The position numbers and the translations under genes were made by a program. A stretch of DNA of 64,000 nt from an uncultured virus (IMG/VR IMGVR_UViG_3300021559_000006). Taxonomy: Duplodnaviria; Heunggongvirae; Uroviricota; Caudoviricetes. Shown here piece after piece: positions 1 through 8,354 of the stretch (its first letter is position 1; each line of letters begins with the position of its first letter). The stretch is from the IMG/VR virus record IMGVR_UViG_3300021559_000006; one strand, given 5' to 3'. Under the pieces are notes generated by a model. It was not told where the DNA came from. It did not search any database and saw only the letters and a program-made list of their open reading frames with translations.

Positions 1-1
1 G

Positions 2-163
2 TACCCGCACCTGCGGGCCGTACAGGAAGAGGCGCGGCAGGCCGTCGAGGAGCACCCCGTCATGGCCGACGCCATCGCCCGCGGACGGTGGGACGTCACT
101 GCCAGGGCGCTGCGGGACGCGACGCGGGAAGCCGAAGAGGAAGAGGCGCAGGCGGCGGCGTGA
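2..163 (+). CDS. 3' end of a CDS entering from outside the window (YPHLRAVQEEARQAVEEHP...EAQAAA*)
   Basis: Open frame 2 with GC-rich third positions, ending TGA at 161-163. Confidence 0.55.
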   Translation, partial: YPHLRAVQEEARQAVEEHPVMADAIARGRWDVTARALRDATREAEEEEAQAAA

Positions 164-218
164 GCAGCAGTGCGGCCCGCCCCTCCGGATGGAGAAGCGG
201 GCCGCTGGCGCCACCGGT

Positions 219-797
219 TCAGTTCTGCATGAGAAGCCGCGCGAGTTCGGCCACGTCCGTCGGCGCCATGTGCTTCCGCAGCGTCGCGGCCACAGCCTCG
301 GGCTGCTCGACTCTCACCGTCACCGACTTCGGACGGAAGCCCGCCCGCACCATCGCGGCGTGCGCGGACAAGTGGCCGGCGAGGACTTCGGCGTGGAGCT
401 CCGGGGCGTCCTTGCGGAGGCGGCGTAGGGCGGCGGTCTGAGTGTTGCCCGTCGGTCGCTCGATACCGTTTACATTGTCCACGGTTTCCGCAGGGCGGCC
501 GACATCTCGCTGCAGTGCGGAGTCGAGCAGATCCACCGCCTCCGGGTCACTGGCCACCACGCGCTTGATCAGGTCGAGCGTGGCGCCGAGCCCCTTCAGC
601 GGGGGCCGGACGACGAAGTCCTCGAACCGCTCGTACTGCACCACCTCGCCGCGCTGCGTAGTGAACTCCCGCCACGAACCCTCCGACAGCACCCGCTTCA
701 ACAAGCCCGGCACCGTCTTCAACCCGTGGTCGCCACTGCGCAACGCCGAACCCAGCGCGTCGACCAGCGTCGCGTTGACCTTCTGCTGATCCTTCAC
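219..797 (-). CDS. Hypothetical protein, probable DNA-binding helical protein coupled to the HNH-helicase
   Basis: 192-aa ORF with good codon bias; GTGA overlap with the helicase stop; C-terminal RRLRKDAPELHAEVLAGHLSAHAA helical motif. Confidence 0.75.
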   Translation of the reverse strand: MKDQQKVNATLVDALGSALRSGDHGLKTVPGLLKRVLSEGSWREFTTQRGEVVQYERFEDFVVRPPLKGLGATLDLIKRVVASDPEAVDLLDSALQRDVGRPAETVDNVNGIERPTGNTQTAALRRLRKDAPELHAEVLAGHLSAHAAMVRAGFRPKSVTVRVEQPEAVAATLRKHMAPTDVAELARLLMQN

Positions 798-2797
798 AGC
801 AGCTCACCGAACCAGCGCACCAGGGTGGCCCGGATCGCCTCGAGCTCCTCCACTGTCGCCTCGCCGCGCTTCGGATGCCCCTGCCGCAGCAGATCAATGT
901 TGACCTCCTGCGGCATGCGCCCCGCCCGGTAGGCGACCTTCCCGACCAGCGTCTTGATCTCACCACGGAGCAGCTTCTCGCGACGATGGCGCGGCATCTC
1001 CGTCGCCTGCGCCGCGACCGCAACCGCCGGGGACGCAGCCTGACCGCGCAGCAGCGGCACCAAGTTCACCGCGAACCTGGTCGGGATACCCAACGCCCGG
1101 CACTGCGCCTCCGCCGCGGCGACCTCGTCCGGCGTCGACTCCTGCCCGCCCAGGATCGCCCGGTCGAACACCGGCTCCGACGCCGACAGCGGCTCACGGA
1201 AGTCGAACAAGCCCTGACTGCCATCCCCCGATGCCTCCGCGCGGGCCTTCTCGTCCTGCTCGGCAGCCAACTCCAGCTGATGGCGAAGCTCGTCCTCGAT
1301 CTCCCGCGCGTGCCGCATCAACTCCGGGACCGCGGGGATGAGCAGGCGGGCGTTGAGCTCCTCGTTGTCGCGGACCCGCACGAAGCGGCCAACGACCTGC
1401 CGAAAGAACAGCGGCGTCTGCGTCTTCGAGGCATACACCCCGACCGCGAGCCGCGGGATGTCCACACCCTCGCTGATCATCTTCACGGCGACGATCCACC
1501 GCCCCGTGCCGTCACGGAAGTCGTCGATGGTCTTCTTTGCGAGCTTCCCGCCCGGGTCCGCCTTCGGATCCGAAACCACCACCGGGGGAAGCGTGCCTGT
1601 GATCTGCTCCAGGATCTTCGCGTACCCGTGGGCGTGCCACTGCCGCTCGCACACCACCAGCCCGGCCGCGTCCGGGATCTCCCCACGCAACTCGCCCAGC
1701 ATGGTGTCGGCCTGCTTGAGCATCGCGGGCATCCACTGATGGTTCGGCTCGTACACCGCATCCAGTGCAGCCGACACGTCCGCTTCGTCCATGTTGGCGC
1801 CGAGCTTCGCGGTGAACTCCACCCGCACGTCGGTGTCCTTGCGGTACTCCCGTCGGCCGCGCGCCGGATCGATCCACCGGGCCTCGCCGTCATATGCGTG
1901 GAACTCGATGCGCCGGCACACCTCGTCGGCGACGGCCTCGCCGTACTCGTAGGCGTAGTCGACCACCACCGTCCCGTTGGCGTCGTACTCGACGAAGGGG
2001 ATAGGGGACTGCGAGTCGCGGCGCCACGGCGTCCCGGTCAGCGACAGGCGGTACGTCGCCGACTCGACCGCGTTTTGCAGGGACTCGCCCCAGGAGCGGT
2101 TGTCGCCCGCATGGTGGACCTCGTCGAGGATCGCCAGCGTCGCCCGCCGGGTCACGTTCCGCACGGCCTTCGCGCCGTCGCCGAGGAGCTGCTGATAGCT
2201 GACCACGCAGCCCATGTAGCCGGTCTTGCTGTAATCCGCATCCTCCGAGACGGGCATCAGCTGCAAGCCGCGGGCTGCTGCGGCGTCGGCCCACTGCCGG
2301 CGCAGCGCGTCGGTGGGCACCACGACGACTATTCGGTCCACCAGTCCCTGGCCGAGGAGCTGGTTCGCCAGGTCCAGGGCGTAGCGGGTCTTGCCGGCCC
2401 CGGGGGTGGCGGAGACGAGGAAGTCCTTGCGGGTGTTGGCGTAGAACGCTTCGGTGGCGCGCTGCTGCCAGATGCGTGGGCCCTTGGCCACGGTGGTGCC
2501 CTTCTTGAGGTTGCACGTCGGGCACAGTGCCTGCCCGTTGGCGATGTCTGTCTTGCCGCCCGCGGCGTACGGGGTGATGTGGTCGGCGTGCCAGCCGGGC
2601 TCGAGGGCTGTGCCGCACTGGGTGCAGTTGCCATCGGCGGTGAGGAAGAGGGCGACGTGCTCTGTCGCGTTGAAGCGGCGGCGGTCGTGGGGCCTGCCCA
2701 GAGAGGGTGAGGGGAGCAGGCTAGGGTTGGGCTCGTCCAAGGACGTCCATCCTTCGGGCCGTTGCCCTCGGCGGATCGCACATCCGCGCGGGGGCAA
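794..2797 (-). CDS. HNH endonuclease - SF2 (DEAD/DEAH-like, ResIII-type) helicase fusion; true start probably somewhat downstream of the ORF start
   Basis: HNH motif CTQC...HADHITP...N...CPTCN; Walker A ATPGAGKT; DEVHH; TGTP; SEGVDIP; QVVGRFVR. Confidence 0.9.
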   Translation of the reverse strand: MPPRGCAIRRGQRPEGWTSLDEPNPSLLPSPSLGRPHDRRRFNATEHVALFLTADGNCTQCGTALEPGWHADHITPYAAGGKTDIANGQALCPTCNLKKGTTVAKGPRIWQQRATEAFYANTRKDFLVSATPGAGKTRYALDLANQLLGQGLVDRIVVVVPTDALRRQWADAAAARGLQLMPVSEDADYSKTGYMGCVVSYQQLLGDGAKAVRNVTRRATLAILDEVHHAGDNRSWGESLQNAVESATYRLSLTGTPWRRDSQSPIPFVEYDANGTVVVDYAYEYGEAVADEVCRRIEFHAYDGEARWIDPARGRREYRKDTDVRVEFTAKLGANMDEADVSAALDAVYEPNHQWMPAMLKQADTMLGELRGEIPDAAGLVVCERQWHAHGYAKILEQITGTLPPVVVSDPKADPGGKLAKKTIDDFRDGTGRWIVAVKMISEGVDIPRLAVGVYASKTQTPLFFRQVVGRFVRVRDNEELNARLLIPAVPELMRHAREIEDELRHQLELAAEQDEKARAEASGDGSQGLFDFREPLSASEPVFDRAILGGQESTPDEVAAAEAQCRALGIPTRFAVNLVPLLRGQAASPAVAVAAQATEMPRHRREKLLRGEIKTLVGKVAYRAGRMPQEVNIDLLRQGHPKRGEATVEELEAIRATLVRWFGELL

Positions 2798-2981
2798 ACT
2801 CGTTCATACGACCGTCGCACGGCGGCCGATACGAAAATGTTACGCCTACTCACAGTCATTTCCGTGCCATGAGCCATCACTGACAGTAAGTCAACTGACG
2901 GCTGAGTACGGTTACTTCCGCCCATGAAGCACCACTGCTCAGGGTGTCGATCCAACTCCCCTGCCAGTAAGGCCTGAACGC

Positions 2982-3027
2982 AAAACAGCGCTCCTGCCCG
3001 GCCCGATAAGGGCCAGACAGGAGCGCT
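2982..3027 (-). terminator. Intrinsic terminator closing the late/lysis operon
   Basis: AGCGCTCCTG/CAGGAGCGCT stem with inner GGCCC/GGGCC, followed by GTTTT on the minus strand. Confidence 0.7.
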
Positions 3028-3231
3028 CAAAGTTGGTGCCAGCCCGGGGTTCAACCCCTCCCGGGAGCACGGGTACGCGCGGGCCAGCAGAGACCACCCG
3101 GCGATCAACCAGGCAGTGCCCCATCACGGATCAGGATAGGCCTACAGGACCACGCTGAGGTCGAGCAGCAGGCTCAGAAGCAGGTGCAGCAACAGGATCA
3201 CCCCCTCACTAGCGAGACGGCCGACGAACGC

Positions 3232-4035
3232 CTACGGCAGCCACCCGGCCGCAGCGAGGGCCTTCATCCACTGCTGCGCCATCAGCGCATAGCCGACGTC
3301 CAACGGGTGGATGCCGTTGTCGGTCCACTGCTCCGGCACCACCGTCATGTCCGCCGACACCACCCGGCCGGTCGAGGCACGAGCCGCAACCACGGCATCC
3401 ACGTCGGTGTTCACCGTCGCCTCGTTCGCGGCGAGCGTCGCACCCCGCGAGATCGCCACCCGCGCGCAGCACACCTTCACCGTCGGCGACGACGCCAAGA
3501 TCTGATCCACCAACGCCCCGTACGCCGCCTGGAAACCCGACAGGGCATTCTGGTTCGCGTCATTCGACCCGATGTCCAGCAGCACCACATCCGGCCCGAA
3601 CGACGACAGGGCCGCGCCGACACCCGGCTGCAGATCCGTGATCTTCCAGCCGTACCCGGCCCACGTCGAGAACGCCACCGCGACCCGCAGCTGATCCAGC
3701 AGGTCCTGAAACCACGTCCGGTACGAGTTCCGGTCCAGCGACCACACCCCACCAGCCGTGATGCTGTCCCCCAGGCACAGAACCTTCACCGTGCCCTTCG
3801 AGGCGATCCCCAGAACCGTACGCAGCTCCGCCCGCCCAGCCGCGGCAGCATCCCGCAGATACTCCACCTCCGCGTCCCGGCGCTGCCCCTCCCGGTACAG
3901 GTTCCACGTCGCCAGCATCGCCATGTTCGGGTCCATGCCCGGCGAATCCGCATACCCCTGCAGGAACGCACCAATCGCCACACCCCGCGCAGCGGAGAAC
4001 GGGTCAGTCTCAGGCGGAGTCGTCACACGGGTCAC
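3232..4035 (-). CDS. SGNH/GDSL hydrolase (esterase) with N-terminal extension
   Basis: Blocks GDSIT, G, GSND and DNGIHP. Confidence 0.88.
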   Translation of the reverse strand: MTRVTTPPETDPFSAARGVAIGAFLQGYADSPGMDPNMAMLATWNLYREGQRRDAEVEYLRDAAAAGRAELRTVLGIASKGTVKVLCLGDSITAGGVWSLDRNSYRTWFQDLLDQLRVAVAFSTWAGYGWKITDLQPGVGAALSSFGPDVVLLDIGSNDANQNALSGFQAAYGALVDQILASSPTVKVCCARVAISRGATLAANEATVNTDVDAVVAARASTGRVVSADMTVVPEQWTDNGIHPLDVGYALMAQQWMKALAAAGWLP

Positions 4036-4577
4036 CCTTCATCCAACTGGTCAGCGATATCCGAAGGGGCCACGGCACCACACCAGCGCGGCGGCGACCA
4101 CAACTCGGCAGCAGCGGCATGGTAGGCCGCCATGCCGTAGGCCGAGCACAGATAGTGCCCGGACTTGATGACGCGACGCTCCAGCCACCGCCCGGCCAGC
4201 GGCACACGCAGGTTCATCGCCGCCTGGCATGCGAAGTCCAGCCAGGAGTACCCGGCCCCGAGGTGCTCGACCGCCCAGGCGACGATCGTCGCGCGCTGAG
4301 CATCGGTCAGATCCACGCGCCCCGACGACCACAGGATCGTCGCGTCGTCCAGCCGGTACGTGTTCCGGCGTGCACCACCCGGCCAGCCCTCGACCGCGTG
4401 GACGACGTTGCCGTCCACCGACTCCACCACGAACACGTGGCGATACAACGAGTCCCGGTCGGCCTTGCGCCAATGGCCCTGAGCTACCTCGTCCAGCCAC
4501 TCGGCGACGCCGATCGCCACACCACCAGCACCGCACATCCGGACGAGCCCGAGGTCGCCCGGCAGCACGGCGGTCAC
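4032..4577 (-). CDS. Permuted papain-like NlpC/P60 (YiiX/YaeF-type) amidase
   Basis: PGDL...HVFVV...VEGWPGG...HLGAGY...LCSAY with His before Cys (permuted order); GTG at 4577 overlaps the upstream stop. Confidence 0.75.
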   Translation of the reverse strand: MTAVLPGDLGLVRMCGAGGVAIGVAEWLDEVAQGHWRKADRDSLYRHVFVVESVDGNVVHAVEGWPGGARRNTYRLDDATILWSSGRVDLTDAQRATIVAWAVEHLGAGYSWLDFACQAAMNLRVPLAGRWLERRVIKSGHYLCSAYGMAAYHAAAAELWSPPRWCGAVAPSDIADQLDEG

Positions 4578-4957
4578 GCCTTCAGCACCGCCTCGACCAG
4601 ATACGCCACCGGCACACTGTCGGCGGCGTCCGTGGCGGACTGCGGCATCCGGCACACACTCAGCTTCGTCGCACCCTCCCACGGATCCACCAGGACCGTG
4701 CCCTTCGCCGCATCCACGACGATCGGGTCCAGGATCCGCCAACCGACATGCCCGGCCAGCTCGGAGAAGACCGCCACGCGCAGCTTCGCCGTACCGAAGT
4801 CACACCCCAGCCGTACCCACACCCGCCCCCACGGGATGTCCTGGTCGCCGTCCCACTCCCTCGGGAGCAGCAGCACCGTGGCGTGCTCCGGGTGCACGAC
4901 CTTGCCCGCAGCGTCCGCAGCGAAGCCGGGCTTGAGCTCACCAACAACGATCGCCAT
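4574..4957 (-). CDS. Hypothetical protein, in frame directly after the endolysin stop; possible cell-wall-binding partner
   Basis: GAGGAG RBS; ATG abuts the TAG of the upstream gene. Confidence 0.65.
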   Translation of the reverse strand: MAIVVGELKPGFAADAAGKVVHPEHATVLLLPREWDGDQDIPWGRVWVRLGCDFGTAKLRVAVFSELAGHVGWRILDPIVVDAAKGTVLVDPWEGATKLSVCRMPQSATDAADSVPVAYLVEAVLKA

Positions 4958-5602
4958 CTAGACCATCTCCTCGTCGAGTCGCCGCCGGTCAGTCTTGGCC
5001 GGGGTAGGGGTAACTGGCGTCGGCACGGGAGCCGGTGCACTGGGTCGCGGGGTCTGCCCGAAATCCGGGGTCTCCGCGTAGTCGATGTCGGCGTTGCCGC
5101 CGAGGAGGGTGCCGCCGGTCTGCCGGATCGTCGCGAACGACGCCCACTGGCCGTTGCTCCACGCCACCGTCTGCCACAGGTAGCGGATGCCGTGAAGGTG
5201 CGCCCCGACGATGACGGGGTAGCCGCCGTAGCAGCCCACCCGGCCGATCCCGAGGACCGCGATCACACCGTCGAAGTACGGCGCCACGCTGGCCCAGGAC
5301 GTGTCCTCGTCCACCGCGAAGTGATGCACATGGTCAGCGGGTAGCCCGGCCGCCTTCCGCTGACCCTCGGCCGCCAGCGCATCCGACACCCCCGCCGCAC
5401 GACCCTGCGTCGCCCGGCCCGTCGTCGTCTCCCACACCGTCACCACCGCCAGGCCGGCGCCGAGGTAGCCGGGGATGTTCGAGCGGTTCAGGTTCTTGCT
5501 GGTGTCCGACGAGAAGTAGCCGGCGATCCAGTGCGCACCAACAGCACGCACCTGCGCCGGGGTGGGCTTGGACCACGCGAAGTCGATGCCCTCTTCAGCC
5601 AT
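4958..5602 (-). CDS. Endolysin catalytic domain (GH25-like / DUF1906, Rv2525c-type glycoside hydrolase)
   Basis: GIDF...GY...KNL...VWE...FAVD...GCYG...WQT.AWS pattern followed by a Pro-rich linker. Confidence 0.82.
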   Translation of the reverse strand: MAEEGIDFAWSKPTPAQVRAVGAHWIAGYFSSDTSKNLNRSNIPGYLGAGLAVVTVWETTTGRATQGRAAGVSDALAAEGQRKAAGLPADHVHHFAVDEDTSWASVAPYFDGVIAVLGIGRVGCYGGYPVIVGAHLHGIRYLWQTVAWSNGQWASFATIRQTGGTLLGGNADIDYAETPDFGQTPRPSAPAPVPTPVTPTPAKTDRRRLDEEMV

Positions 5603-6144
5603 CAGGCCACCCCCTTCTTCGCCGCAGCCTGCAGCATGTGCAGGTGGATGTGATCCGCCCGCGTGCGCGCCATCGACGCCTCGACCGGGTCGCAGATGAT
5701 CGTGGTCTGGTTGTCCTGCTTCGTCTCGCCAGACGTCGACCAGTTCGTGCTGCCGCCCACCGTGTACAAGCCGTCGACGACCAGAAGCTTCATGTGCTGA
5801 ATCGCATTCAGCTCTGAGCGACCGATCGCGATGCTCGACGCCGGGAACGCCTCCTTCGCCAGCAGCACGCGCTCATGCACCCCACCCGCCTGACTGGAGT
5901 CCAGCGTGAGCTGCACGAACACGCTCTCGTCAACGAGCTTCTCGTGCAGCGCATCCCCGAGCTCGTCATCATCGAAGCCGTAGCACGCCAAGATCAGGGA
6001 AGACGTCGCCGACCGGATCAGATCCAGCAGCGCGCCATGGATGTCGTCCACAGGCGAGAAGAAAGTCCGCCACGACTTCGAGTAGCCAGCAGGGAAGCCG
6101 CCGGTCTTGTGCTTGTCCAGCGCAGACAGATCAGCAAGCGCCAC
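5602..6144 (-). CDS. Phospholipase D-superfamily protein (single HKD motif, Nuc/Zucchini-like)
   Basis: HMKLLVVDG...GSTNWS motif. Confidence 0.88.
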   Translation of the reverse strand: MALADLSALDKHKTGGFPAGYSKSWRTFFSPVDDIHGALLDLIRSATSSLILACYGFDDDELGDALHEKLVDESVFVQLTLDSSQAGGVHERVLLAKEAFPASSIAIGRSELNAIQHMKLLVVDGLYTVGGSTNWSTSGETKQDNQTTIICDPVEASMARTRADHIHLHMLQAAAKKGVA

Positions 6145-6169
6145 GGGGTACCTCCGAGGGTGTAAAGCA

Positions 6170-6197
6170 GAAAGCCCCGGCCAGCAGGCGCGGGGCG
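6170..6197 (-). terminator. Terminator-like hairpin upstream of the PLD gene
   Basis: GCCCCG/CGGGGC stem followed by TTT on the minus strand. Confidence 0.45.
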
Positions 6198-6266
6198 GAA
6201 TGCGCGTCAGGTTGAAGACGCGGCAGGGAAGTTCAAGGCGACGGCGTGAGGCTTGAAAACCGCCGG

Positions 6267-6635
6267 TCAGGGCTTGAGGATCCGGTCCGGGAGTTTCCCT
6301 TCGATGTGGAACTGATGCAGTTCCCCGACGAGTTCAGCCAGCGCCGCATGGTCCTCGCGTACCAGCGCGATCTCGTCGACGACCGTGTCCCGGGTCTGCT
6401 GGATCTCCTCGACCTGCGCCCGACTCCCCACGTCCTGACCCACGATGATGATGCTCAGCAGCACCAACTGAAGGAACGTCTGCGCGATCCACGCGATCAA
6501 CGCCTGCCCCGACAGGGTCCACGGCTTGCTGCACAGCGCCAGCGCGGCGAAGGCATACGCGCACCACATGGAGCCGACCGCGCGCGTGATCTTCAGGCCC
6601 AGCCAGTCATTGAACACGCCGATGCGCTTCAACAT
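6267..6635 (-). CDS. Small two-TM membrane protein (DUF1003-like), holin candidate
   Basis: Two hydrophobic helices; ITRAVGSMW and [12 protein letters not shown] motifs; position next to lysis genes. Confidence 0.65.
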   Translation of the reverse strand: MLKRIGVFNDWLGLKITRAVGSMWCAYAFAALALCSKPWTLSGQALIAWIAQTFLQLVLLSIIIVGQDVGSRAQVEEIQQTRDTVVDEIALVREDHAALAELVGELHQFHIEGKLPDRILKP

Positions 6636-7429
6636 CACGGCCTCCCGGGGCCTGTAGAGACCGCGGCACCCGTGCGGTGCTGCGCCGCGTGCTTGCTGGT
6701 GGTCGCGGACTGCGAGGTTGGGGCCGTTGACGGCGCCGGGGCAGGCGGTACCGGCGCGGTGCCCGGCTTGCACGTGTACCGCGGCGCGTTCGGATCGAAC
6801 GGGCTGACGCGCTCACAGTCATACGAGTTGCCCAGGGCGTCCGTGTAGGTCCAGCCCATCGGCGGCTGACCACTGCCTCCCATCGCGCCCGGCGGTCCAG
6901 CCGGACCCGGGACGTTCGAGTTCTGCCCAGGCGGACCAGCAGGCCCCTGAGGTCCGGCGACGGTCGAGTTCGCGCCGGGAGCTCCAGCCGGGCCAGCCGG
7001 TCCCGTGGCGCCCGAAGGCCCTGGGCTAGGGTGCACCAGGCCAGCAGCCAAGGCAGCCACCTGAGCCGGATCCGGTGACACGCCGTCTTTGCCAGCTGGT
7101 CCGGGTGGCCCTTGGGGGCCGACGATCGACTGCCCGGGCTGGCCCTGCGCACCCGGTACGCCCTGGACGATCGTCGTCGCCGGTGGCGCGGATGGCGTCA
7201 CACCATGCTGCTGCAACTGCGCCCGTGTCGCGTCCAAGCTCGACGACAGCTTGGCTATGGCGGTCGCATCCGCCGCCTGCGTCGCCTGAGCCCTGTGCTG
7301 CGCATCCGTGGCAGCCCGCAAAGCCAGGATCACCACGACCGTCACGAACAGCGCGACCGCCCAGCCGCCAACCATCGCCAACGACGCCCGCCGAGGCCGG
7401 CGCGGCTTGACCGCATCCGGGATCGTCAC
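6635..7429 (-). CDS. Membrane-anchored collagen-like protein
   Basis: N-terminal TM helix, coiled coil, Gly-X-Y repeats, C-terminal two-Cys domain. Confidence 0.85.
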   Translation of the reverse strand: MTIPDAVKPRRPRRASLAMVGGWAVALFVTVVVILALRAATDAQHRAQATQAADATAIAKLSSSLDATRAQLQQHGVTPSAPPATTIVQGVPGAQGQPGQSIVGPQGPPGPAGKDGVSPDPAQVAALAAGLVHPSPGPSGATGPAGPAGAPGANSTVAGPQGPAGPPGQNSNVPGPAGPPGAMGGSGQPPMGWTYTDALGNSYDCERVSPFDPNAPRYTCKPGTAPVPPAPAPSTAPTSQSATTSKHAAQHRTGAAVSTGPGRP

Positions 7430-7737
7430 TTGGCCCCCTTGAGCGTCCCGTAGGCCTGCACCAGTAGCGCCGCGAGCATCAACATCACCGTCGCCACCCC
7501 AAGCCACCGGCCCAGCGACATCGCAGGCCTGCCCTCGACCTTCTCCAGGCGCCGCTCCATCGGCTGAATGACGTCCTCGCGGAGCTTCCGCAGATCCTCC
7601 GCGTGCTCCCGCTCCAGCCGTGCAATGTCCGCCGAGTGCGCCGCCTCGAGACGCCGAACCTCCGACCCGAAAGCCCGCTCGATCCGGGCCAGCGTGCGCC
7701 CCAACTCGCCAGCAGAGAGCTCATCAGGCACGCTCAC
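7426..7737 (-). CDS. Coiled-coil protein with C-terminal TM helix (holin-like / lysis-associated)
   Basis: Overlapping start/stop with neighbours; C-terminal hydrophobic helix. Confidence 0.65.
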   Translation of the reverse strand: MSVPDELSAGELGRTLARIERAFGSEVRRLEAAHSADIARLEREHAEDLRKLREDVIQPMERRLEKVEGRPAMSLGRWLGVATVMLMLAALLVQAYGTLKGAK

Positions 7738-7774
7738 CCCCTGCGGTGCGACGGAACAATGAGCGGCGTGGCCG

Positions 7775-8305
7775 TCAGAGCAACGTCACGTTGAAGTACG
7801 TGCCGCCCGTTGACGGGCCAGCCGTGGCCAGGGCGCCGCCGCTGTTCTGGAACGCGAACATCTCGAAATAGTCCCCAATCACAGCCGACACCGGGAACGC
7901 GGGCAGGTAGAGACTCCCGGAGGTTGCGCCGGACGGGTTGGGCCACACAGAGCGGGCGTTCGTCAATTCAATGCCGTTGCGGTACCACGTCAACTCCCGG
8001 AAACCCGTCGCGTTCGCGGCGAAGATCAACGCACCCGACAGGATGTACGTCCCCGCGACTTGCGCCGTGTACCGACTGTTGTTCGTGACGTTGCTGTGGC
8101 CCGCGTAGTTATCCAGGGAGGAACTGTTGAACTGCACACCGGTGAACGCACTGTTGGGAATCGACTGGGTCGTCGTCGTCGCCAGCTGACCCACAGGTTT
8201 GCCCAGCAGGAACGTCAACCCATTGAACAACTGAGCGTTGAGCAGGGAAGCCGAACCGACATCGCCGACCTGCCACTGGTACGGGGTAGGCGGAGCAAGG
8301 GACAC
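7775..8305 (-). CDS. Minor tail / receptor-binding protein (C1q-like beta sandwich)
   Basis: GGAGG RBS then GTG; QSIPNSAFT...RYTAQVAGTY motif typical of actinophage tail fibres. Confidence 0.72.
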   Translation of the reverse strand: MSLAPPTPYQWQVGDVGSASLLNAQLFNGLTFLLGKPVGQLATTTTQSIPNSAFTGVQFNSSSLDNYAGHSNVTNNSRYTAQVAGTYILSGALIFAANATGFRELTWYRNGIELTNARSVWPNPSGATSGSLYLPAFPVSAVIGDYFEMFAFQNSGGALATAGPSTGGTYFNVTLL

Positions 8306-8354
8306 GGCAACCTCCAAGCCAAGGCAGGGTGGTGCACCGTGCCAACGAAACGGA

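Noticed and set aside
875..2710. 611-aa + strand ORF
   Set aside because: Antisense shadow of the HNH-helicase; typical high-GC artefact with no motifs
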